Positions 27,983 through 38,693 of a stretch of 64,000 bases of DNA are shown here, in pieces. Each line of letters begins with the position of its first letter. Positions within the stretch are counted from its first letter, which is position 1. The DNA is from Chrysomallon squamiferum (Eukaryota > Animalia > Mollusca), in contig CM022679.1 of the NCBI GenBank assembly GCA_012295275.1, positions 13,392,001 through 13,456,000 of the forward strand, read 5' to 3'. A program made the position numbers and the translations under genes. The notes under the pieces are model-generated. The model was not told the origin of the DNA, did not search any database, and saw only the letters and a program-made list of their open reading frames with translations.

Positions 27983-28418
27983 AAAATAAAATAAAAATAA
28001 AATAAATAAATATATAAATAAATAAAGAAAAGAAAAGATAAATAACAAACAAACAGACATGCATACAATTTCTAAATTTAATGGGTAACATTATAACATT
28101 TTCAGGTATGCTAAGCAAACTTTAATAATCATTCATTAATTTAGGTGCGCTGCACGACTGTTCAGTCCGAGGATGTTTGTATTAATCAGAAAACTTCAAA
28201 AGCTTGTCAGACACAACCTCAGTCGTAAGTTATTTGAATATATAATTATAGTGTGTTAAAAAAGATATAGTAACAGATGTAATATATATATATATATATA
28301 TATATATACTTACCTAGTTATTAAAATTAATTATTGTAATATGAGAAAGAGTTGCTATAAATATCCTTTTATCATACTTTATATCGTCAAAAGTATCATG
28401 AGTAAAAAAGTATGTTTG

Positions 28419-28453
<35 letters not shown>

Positions 28454-28457
28454 CATC

Positions 28458-28488
<31 letters not shown>

Positions 28489-31400
28489 GATTAGTTATTT
28501 AGAAATGTTGATAATTATAATTAATTAGAACTGTTGATAATTACGTAGAGAAAATGAAGGTAATTTACTCGTTTGACGAACCACGGGAAGGACATATGCC
28601 AGATTCCGCGTCACTTCGAACTGAAGGTCGGCTGGTCAAACTGGAGCTTAGCAGCAGCAACACCGTAGACAACGTCAAAATTCTGAGTAAGCTGGCTCTT
28701 TGTGCCGATGCAGATTACGTCAGAAATGAAGGTGAGTGTAATTTTAAAGTAAATGTCTATAATAATACAATCAAAACTCGGTTAACCGAACATCAATTTT
28801 CCAAACAAAATTTTAAGGTCCATAGATAACATATGCATTGAATTCAGTTTATATATTTATTTATTTATTTATTTATAATAATATTGTTTATTTTTTCCCG
28901 TAGATGTATGTTACTGAATATGCATTTCATTCTTTAATTAAATAGGTTTACATTCATGGAAGATATAAGTTATCTGTTAGGTATAAGTACGTTTGTTGAA
29001 ATCTAAGCTGTCTGTCTATGATAGTGTTAGTAAAAACAAAGAATAGTTATATGTACAAGATACTGTAAGTGTTTTATTTAGAAGACAGAGAGGTTGTAAA
29101 AAATAGTGTTAGTATGTTAGAATGTTAGCGAGAGGTCAATGCAGTGGTCTTACACCATCCCAGTTAGCTCTGTTATTATTATTATTGTTGTTGTTCTCGT
29201 TATTGTTATTGTTTTATTATTATTATTAATGTATGTATAAATGTATATAAATTAGGATTTATTGTATATGAATATCATCATTCTCCTGCTTTAACATACT
29301 TAATTACAAATAATTTGTTGTAAATTAAGGTACCAGCATTCTGGTAGCAGTAAGAAAAGCCTGTTTGAAATGTTTGAAACTGGAGTATCCTAAATCTTCT
29401 GTGTTGATCGTTTTACCCCCGTTCTCAAAAAACAACATCTACAAATTACCTTTATACATGGAGGAAAAGAAAACACCTCTCATCGACCCGGATGGACAGG
29501 TAAATACACAGGTGTGGATACCAGACCACAAGTGAATGTTTAGTGTGAGAGATTTTGAAATAAAAAACTGAATTTCCAAAAGTTGATATAAACTGGCTTT
29601 AATAAATCATTGTGAAAAAAAAACAACAAAAAAAACAAAACAAATGTTATGAACAAGTTAATTCGTAATCAATAAATAGAAATTAAACACCTTATTTATA
29701 TGAGCCATAACTTTTGAAAAAATAAGTAATTATCGATAAAAGTAATGATTAGGTTCGTTGTAGTAGTAACAGTAGCAGCGTCAGCTGTATTATTAATATA
29801 TTTTTATAATATATATTAATTAAATAAATATACTGAAACAAATCCAGATGCGTTCGTTTTCAAAGAGAGATACCCATTCGTATCATGTTATTTTTATTAT
29901 TGTATTTGTTCCTTTTCTGAAGGAAGATCTAGAGATTGCCGAGGATGCTACACTGGGGATGTTTAAATCAAAAGATTCTGTTTATCGATACATGCGGCTT
30001 CATGCAAGAATAGCCATGTGTTATTCCGCAGTGTTCAACAAACTGAACAAATGGAAAAACGAAGAAGGTAAGAATTAGAAATATTACACTTTGTTCGCGT
30101 GTTTACAGTATGTTATCATAGTCTTCAGGTTCTCGGGATAGGTTTGGCAGTTTTGTTTAATGGTGTCTAAGAATATTTAAATGTTGCCTGGTTATGAGCT
30201 TATTACTTATCAAACCAACTGTTTTATACATACCACACATACATATATACACAATCATACATATGAACATATATACATACATATACTAACACATACAAAC
30301 ATACATACACATACAGACATATATGTATTCATTCATCCATGCATTCATTCATTCATACATACATACATACATACATACTTACATATATACATACATACAT
30401 ATATCGTGTTGTTTTATTTATTTTTATTTAATGTTATGTTTATTATTTATTTTATTTTATTTGCTAGTGATGATGAAAGAGAAAATCTGTATTTTTGCTA
30501 ATCAGTCAGATACCTTTAAGGATAGAACGATAGCCAGCACATTGTAGTCATTTTCTGCTTTTTTGTTTGACAAGAATATTTACAAACAGATTTAATATGC
30601 CTTCTACCCTTACAGACAAAGTTAAGATTGAAATCGTCAACGCGTACATGACCAACCAAGAACAAGCACTGAAAATAGATCCGATGGATCAGCGTTATAA
30701 CAAGTTTTCTAGTGGTACTGGCTTCGAAATGAAATTTTTGGTGTCAGACCTGAATTCCACGACGATCGTCAAAGATTCGTTGCTGTTATTGCTGCTTACG
30801 GTTGTGGATATGTGTGGACCATTGTTCCACGATTCTTCAAACTCTATAGGAGCCGGGCTTTACAAAGACAAGGTTTTCGTTTGTCTACAAGACACGTTTG
30901 ATTTCTGGACGGACGATAAGAATCTGATACCAGATGGCTTGAGCCTTGATTTGTTCAGGGAAAAGATGAACAAAAGATTTGTTCTGGCTTCACGTAAGTG
31001 TGTAAAAATATTTAGTGCATTCGATTAATTGCGTTATTAATTAATACAGTTTAATGTCAGAGATTAATACCCTTTTAAGTTCCGAATAAGAATAATATTC
31101 AAAGCTGAAAACCCTTATAAATATCATTTTCCAAAAACTAATGAATTGACAATTAAAACGATATATGTGTGTTGTGGGAGTCTGCACCAGTGAAAGCATG
31201 CAAACGCATTGCATACGTTTTTATTGCAAACGTGTGTATGCATATTTACGTATTTCAAATGCATGCATGTATATCATACAGGGATGTATGTGCGAATACA
31301 TGCATGCATAAACATAGAGATAGATATCTTTATCATTAATACTTTATCATTGATATTTACAGAAAATCGACTGGTTGACCCAGATAATCTTGAAATAGCT

Positions 31401-31854
31401 TGCAATAATGCAGACCCTCCCGCTCTTCAGTCAGTTGATTTCAGTCACGTGCATTCCCCCGGTGCGGTGTCAAGCCCTAACACATGTGTCCCCTCTAGTG
31501 AAAGCCAGTTCTGCAAAGACACCGAGGCGATCAGACGCATGCACATCAAAGTGATGTTAAAAGAACTGGATCGCAAATGGTTATATCATGAGAGAAAGGA
31601 GTTCCTAAACTCTCTGGAGAAGTGTTTCTTGACGTGCGGAACGTGCATGGATGGTACGTTTTAGTTAACAGTCGCTGTTGGTGTTGTTGCTATTAATACT
31701 TATATTTAACATGCTGAACATGCATGGATGGAACGTTTTGGATAACAGTCAGTGTTGCAAATATTATTATCAATACTTATATGTACTTGTTTGGACTATA
31801 CATCATTAGTGCACACATATAGATTAAAAAAATACTCATTAAACTAAGAAATAT

Positions 31855-31897
<43 letters not shown>

Positions 31898-32966
31898 TTT
31901 CCTTTTTTCTTTTTTTCTTTTTAAATGCTGGAAATAGATTCGTTACTTATATTTTATTTTCATTATTGTTATTTCTTGTCAGTGGACTACTAAAATGTAA
32001 AGGGCATGGACTTCTGGAAGGTAATTAATTTAATTTTTTTTTTTTTTTTTTTTTTTTTGATATTTCAGGATTTATTTGGGAAGACAAGACAGAAAGCTGC
32101 AACAACTTTATGCACTGGGCTCCTTTTGAACTTCTGAATGAGAACGAAATCTCAAATATCTTTCCCAGAGACAACGCCAATCTCCGCAGACTTGCCAGTC
32201 AGCATGGTCACACGATCGAGGACAGTCCATTGTTTCATCTTGTTTGTACGTGTAGTTTATTATGTGTTGTTGTGTCTGTGACAGACTCGAAGCAACAGCA
32301 CAGTACAAATAGTCAGCGATTAGTGAGAAGTATTGTAGTGTAGCTAATCGTGTCACTGGGGACGTTTTTTTTTTTTTTTTTTAATCTACGTTTGGAAAAT
32401 AAGAAAAACAAATGACATTTTCTCTAAATGAATGACATAGATATCTGGATAATAAGACTGTTTATATTCGCGTTGTGATAACGATAACAAAGACCGCAGT
32501 GTTTGCTGTAGTGATTTGTAAGATATTATTGTAACAAATAACTGCAACACTGGTTTTCAACCTTTTTCATACTGCGACCCCTTATGAGCAACTCAATAGG
32601 ACCGATGACCCCTTTAAAAATTTTATCAATAATATCTAGGGTTACCATAGTTTCATCAACCAAAGACAGTACAAAAGGAATCTATATTTACTGTGACGGG
32701 TCCCAAACATTACTGCACGTTTTTATTTATTCCTCCTTCACAGTCAAGTTGAAAAAAGCTAAATCCCCACAAAAAAGGCTGGCGACCCCCAGGTTGAAAA
32801 CCTATGAACTAGAATATTAAAATCAAAGTAAAGATAAAAACAAAATATTTTCATTTGATCTGATATTAAATTTTTCCTTCCTTACACACAGTGGCACCCG
32901 TGTACAATTTAAAAAGTTGCGGGCGATTCTCAATACACAGTTCAGCCTTAACAGTTTCACGTTTTG

Positions 32967-33028
<62 letters not shown>

Positions 33029-33311
33029 AAAAATTTATCATTCACAGTCAACACAGTCGGAGCTACATACAGACTCTCTCTCTCTCTCTCTCTTTTTTAT
33101 TTTTTTTTATCATTCACAGTCAACACAGTCGGAGCTACATACAGACCTAACCCAATGGAGAGTGTTCAGGAGGATCTCTATTCGCAGTCAAACAACCCGA
33201 GTCCTGTTCTCGAATTACTCCTGCAGTTGTTTTGTATTCACGCCGTTGGAACTGTTAATTTTTGGGTCAAAGATGAAACAGACGTGGTTTCTCTGTATAA
33301 AGCTTACAAGG

Positions 33312-33387
<76 letters not shown>

Positions 33388-34172
33388 AAGTCTATACAAG
33401 ACTGAAGACCTGTACGCAGCTTAGTGGTGGAGTCTAGGATTGAGGCACGATTGGTCGCCAGATCAATCCTCATCAGTACTCTCTTTGAAGAAATGTAAAC
33501 TTGATGACTAGTTTATCAAAGACTGTGATACGTACTTTTCTGATAACAGGAAGGTGTATATTATTGATCATTTCAGCTAGGCTGAAACGAGTATCTTATA
33601 ACAAGAATATTTGGTCTTCTTTTTAACCACAGATATTATGCCATGTATTTGTATTAAAAATATGTGGAGTGTTCCATTAAAAATAATATTTATTTATACA
33701 AAAAAAATACAAAACAATGTTGATAGTTTTTAGCAATTTGTTTTCAGGTTGTTATGTTGTATAACAAAAATGTCACTGATGTCCACACGTATGTCGTAAA
33801 TGAAGCCAGTCTTGAATCTGTTGAAGCGGTCATCGAAAACTTCGTAATGGACTGGTCAGCAAATTCGTGTCCGCTGTATACAAGAGAGTTTATAGCTGAA
33901 AGCACTGTTCACAGAGTGCCATTTGGTATGTAGTGTTTTATTATTAACTTACTACTACTACTACAGTTATTATTCTTGTTCTAATTGTTGTTGTTATTAT
34001 TATTGTTGAAATTTAAAAACATAATAGGAACTTCTTTCTTTATATTTGTATCAAATTAGGGAATATAGCATTTCACAATTGGAGGAATACTTTTTAATGG
34101 TATGCAATTTGAAATTGCAAGAGGAGCCTGTATTCGAATCAAAACAAAAAACCGACCAGCCTTTTCCAAATG

Positions 34173-34207
<35 letters not shown>

Positions 34208-34376
34208 CATAATTAAATGAAATTAAAACAAATTTGACATACTTCATAACATGAATTTCCTAATTAAATTTCTTTTTTTAGATATTGTAAAGCGATCTGA
34301 CCAATCGGCTGTTCGCGAGGACATCATCAACTACTACAACGGCTGGGAACATCGCTGGGTCAGCCAAGATTTGTAA
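22626..34376 (+). CDS. Uncharacterised 940-aa secreted protein: signal peptide, peptidase-M15-like domain, Hedgehog N-terminal (Hedge)-like domain, second M15-like domain, Cys-containing C-terminal region
   Basis: 17 exons, all GT-AG and phase-compatible, 2823 nt with no internal stop: 22626-22692, 23732-23824, 24296-24459, 24816-24989, 25549-25711, 26222-26366, 26760-26888, 28145-28224, 28549-28731, 29330-29499, 29923-30067, 30616-30993, 31363-31653, 32069-32245, 33120-33310, 33748-33925, 34282-34376. The N-terminus MKGGSLFFVFLLIFSMNSVKG is signal-peptide-like. Hedge motifs: GRVDEPITRN, DIEFENEE, AARLFSPR, SFDE, SLRTEGRLV, LSKLALCADADYV. Confidence 0.88.
32548..32806. mobile_element. hAT-type MITE in intron 14 (~259 bp); copy 1 keeps only the right part (~18377-18610)
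   Basis: Ends cactggttttcaacct / aggttgaaaacctatg (14/16 inverted match, resembling Charlie-type CAGTGGTTCTCAAC termini). Degenerate 8-bp flanks aactgcaa / aactagaa. Confidence 0.65.
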
Positions 34377-35078
34377 AAAAAAAAAAAAAAAAATGATTTA
34401 TCTTCTATATTATTTATTCAACGTGATAATCAGTTTTGAAAAGAAATGAACAAAATATTGAAAATAACTTAGATATTTTTATACAACCGATATTATTATA
34501 TATGTACTCTGAACTGCACTTTGCAAAAGCTGAAAAACTGCTCGCTTCGTATTTAATATGTAATTAATAACTGATGGATTACCATTTAATTATTTGTTTC
34601 ATGATGTAGTTTTATACCTGCGTCACAAGGTAAAAATCGCAATACATATAATGCCTTAATAAAAAAAAAGTTTTGTTCTTCCTTGTAAATGTCCATTTTA
34701 TGGTAATTTATACGTGAAACTTCACCGTGGAACATCGCGATAATTCGGACTGTAGATATATTTTAAGTGAATGTATTTCATTGTTATTTCCTAACAATAA
34801 AGTTTATTCTTAAACTGTGATATTTATATGCATTAATGTTACTTTTACATACTTATAAGTTTTTAAACTGTTTGTTGTTGCTTTTTATTCTATTATATTA
34901 TGTATATATAAAACTGTTTTTTGTTTTAAATGTAGTTATTTATCTATATATAAAGCTACACACACACGCACATAAATATATATATATATATATATATCCT
35001 GCAATCACAATATATATTGGCAAGATATGATGACTAGATTTAGTTTTTTTTATTATTATTTAGGATTGCAGATAAAGA

Positions 35079-35366
35079 AATGACTGGTTACTCTCCTCGA
35101 TATCTGCTTTATCCTGCTTGATTAGACTGGTGTAATCTGACCTTACAGGACAAAGCTGTTATCTAAGATAGCAACCAGTCATTCCTATATATATATACAT
35201 ATTACATTGTGACTTATTTAATTAATGTTTTTAACTTTGTTTTTATTATATTAATTATGTGTATATATATATATATATATATATCAAAATAAGATTGGTG
35301 TAAGCTGCAACTGGTATTCCAACCTTCACAGGATAAAGCTGATATCTAAGATAGTAACAAGTTATT

Positions 35367-35370
<4 letters not shown>
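35079..35370. repeat. Small foldback element (38-bp imperfect arms at 35079-35116 and 35146-35183) with a second partial copy at ~35296-35368
   Basis: aatgactggttactctcctcgatatctgctttatcctg matches the reverse complement of caggacaaagctgttatctaagatagcaaccagtcatt at 31/38. Both right arms end in cc(ta)n. Confidence 0.55.
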
Positions 35371-35402
<32 letters not shown>

Positions 35403-36492
35403 CTAGTTACTTATTTAATTAATGTTTTTACTATATGCATTTGTTGTTTTTAGCGTTTTATATTAATTAAAAAATAATTAAAAAATTAAAAGATTATAAA
35501 TAAAAATATAGATAGAATTACAAATTTGGTTGGATTTTAATTATTATGTTCCAAATCTATTATTTTCTATCTTTCTCACTGTCATATATTTGAAATAAAT
35601 AAATAAATGAATGAATGAATGAATGAATGAATGAATGAATGAATGAATAAATAAACACAAAATGCCAGCTACTGCCACAAAAAGTAACTGTAAAATATAA
35701 ACCACAAAATCACAAACTCAGCGTACAGAACTGTAAATATCTTTATTGTTTTTGTTACCCAGAATCGTTAGTAATTTAATATCAATGATTGTAGTTACTT
35801 AATTACTGAATTAACATGGCTGAATCTAGTCAAACAGATCTGTATAAAATTTTCTTTTAAAAACAAAAACATTATTTGGAGTTGCTGATATATTGTTTGT
35901 ATTTAGTGTTCTAATGTATCAGATAGAAAGAAAAGAAAAAAAAAAAAATAATGATAATAATAAAAAAAAAAAAATAAATAAATAAAAATAAATAAATAAC
36001 CTGACATTAGAGAAATAAATATTAAAAAATACATTTTATATTACAGAATACAAAAAAAACAACAACATAAAAATAAAAAAATAAATAATAATAATTAAAC
36101 TGTTAAAGCATTAGATATATTTTAAACATATACTATTAATTTAGTTATATTCTTGTTTAATCTGAATTATTTTTCAACTGTCACATACTAAAAAAATATA
36201 TTTATAATTTTTAAACTGTCAGGTGATAATTATGAAACTGTCAACTGATAATTATGAACAACATGAAAAAAAATGTAAAAAATAATTTTTAAGTAACATG
36301 TAACAAATTAATAATATTAGATATATTATTTTACTGTTGAATATTATTAAAGTTTTATTATAGTTATCTCTCTACAATTACATATAAAAATATTTATGAA
36401 ATTAATACTGCTGGTATAAACAATAATCAAAAATAATTGCTTTATTCTTTTAGTTTCAAGAAAAAAAAGAGAAAGAAAATAAAGCCTAAACA

Positions 36493-36554
<62 letters not shown>

Positions 36555-37191
36555 GTAAATAAAAAGTAAATATTCACAAAAGTATACAAAAATGTCTAAT
36601 TTTTCCTTTATCTGTGAATAATTTATGTGAAAATGTTTTTTTCTTCTGATGACTGAACAGAAATATAAACATTTAAATAGAAAAAAAAGAAAAGAAAAAA
36701 AAAACAGAAGAAAAATAAGCCCAGTAGACCAAACTAGTAGGAAAATAAACACAAAAACAAATCCTAACTACATGACGCAAATGCACGAAAAAACAAAGCT
36801 AAGATTTTTTTTTAAAAATGAAAAGAAAAAGAATGTTGTATCATGACATATATTTGGCCCAATACCACCATGTTCCCATAACCAAAAACAAAAAATAAAT
36901 AAATAAAATAAAAAAAGCTTGTTTAGAAAAGCTACATAACCCATTCTGTTGAAGGAAATGAAAATTCATAACAGGAACATTCCTTTTAAAGCTTTAAATG
37001 TTTAGAAACTTTGGATGAAGCCTAAGTAGCAGCAGAATTTAAAAAACAAAACAAAACCCCCAAAAACCAATAGCAAATGGTTTAACAAAAGCAATTAATG
37101 TGAATAAATATTTCAGTTCACTTGTGTGATAAAAAAGAATAATAATAAATAAATGTTGTTCTTACCAAACAAAATGAACAATGAAATTCAG

Positions 37192-37233
<42 letters not shown>

Positions 37234-38693
37234 ATTATTAAAATCAAAATTACAATATTCAACAAAGGTAAAATAACTGTAATGTTCTTGTTTTTAACAT
37301 GTGCGTTAATCAGTAACATATTTAGTAATATACATCTTTGTGTAATAACTCCTCAGCGATTTTTTCAAATAAAAATCATGATTATCACAGAGAAATATGA
37401 AATTTCTATTTCCTTTTTCTAAAATAAATTACTTTTATATGATCACCACAAATAAATAATCATCGGGAGGTAACATGTTAGGAAGTGGTGTCAGGTTATA
37501 AAACAGACAAGATGTATCCATTTTGTCTTTTTTAAAAACTGACATATATAAATATATTTTTCTTTTGGCTGTTGAATTTTAAAATATGATCTGTTACTAA
37601 AACAACAAAACTAACAACGGTGTGCAAAGACATAAAAATCCAGTAAATCGTTATATATACATATACATACTGTTAAATTATTTCTTTCATTTTACCTATT
37701 TGCCACTTGTATTTATCATTTCATTTGTCAAAAATGATTCATGATAGTTAAAAAGACCAGCCTTATTTCTGTCTCTTTATTTTCATTTACCACATTATTC
37801 TTCTTAAGCAGAAAGTGAGAAAACATGCATGAATAATTAAGTAAAAAGAAAGAAAAGAGACTTGGTGGAAATCAAAATCTTAAAATAGCAAAATGATTAA
37901 TAATAATGGGTGAAAGATCTGCAATTAGTATTTGTGGTGAATTAGATTCATTTAATGCAAGTGATAGCTGATGATAGTTGCTGAAATATAAAAAGTAAAA
38001 AAATCAAGTTTGGTGAGTGAAAGACACAAACAAAATCAAAGGAATGAATTAAACATGAAAAATAAAGTTACTTGAAAATAAAGCTAGCTGTCACTCTGTT
38101 AGAAATATATTAAAATATCCCTATGTACTATCATCACTATTTACATTCGGAACCAAAATAGCCTTCTTGGAAATTCCACATTTCCAAACCAATGTGTGTT
38201 TTAGTATTTTTATTTTTATTTTAGTACTTATTTAATATCATAATTTTATACTGTTTCACTGTGATTCGGTGTGAAGTAAATGTATCTGTCATTCTGTAAA
38301 ACAGGCATTAAGTAATTTAGATTTCATGATTAGATGCCAATGCAGCCATTCTAGCTATATAAATGATTTTTAATTTCTGAAACATGAGAATATTTTCTAA
38401 GACTCAGATATATTTTGAAATAGGTACAGTTGATTTTACTCTTTGAGCCAAATTTAAAAAAAATTATGAGATGAAATTCAGGTTGTCTTCAGGCTGAACC
38501 ACATTACAGTGACAATGTTAAAATATAGGATGCTATGTGAATACAAATATGAATGTTTATAAAGTGAAGTATCTCTTGGACGGACAGACAGCTACATCTG
38601 CTCAAAGCGTAATGCACCATGTCTGAATTTAGTTGCAGAAAATTCTCTGAGTATTTAAGCTGAAAACCTGAATCTGTTGATAACAAATAAAGT

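Larger units (their letters stand above)
19365..33923. repeat. Tandem segmental duplication, unit 2 (~14.6 kb)
   Basis: aagtcctgagc at 19365 corresponds to 5184; acagagtgccatt ending at 33923 corresponds to acagattgccatt ending at 19353. Confidence 0.97.

Noticed and set aside
26222-29360. Calling the Hedge-domain gene a canonical hedgehog or Hedgling
   Set aside because: The domain is internal, lacks the CGPGR start and Zn ligands, and is not followed by a Hint/Hog (GCF) module or by vWA/cadherin/TM domains.
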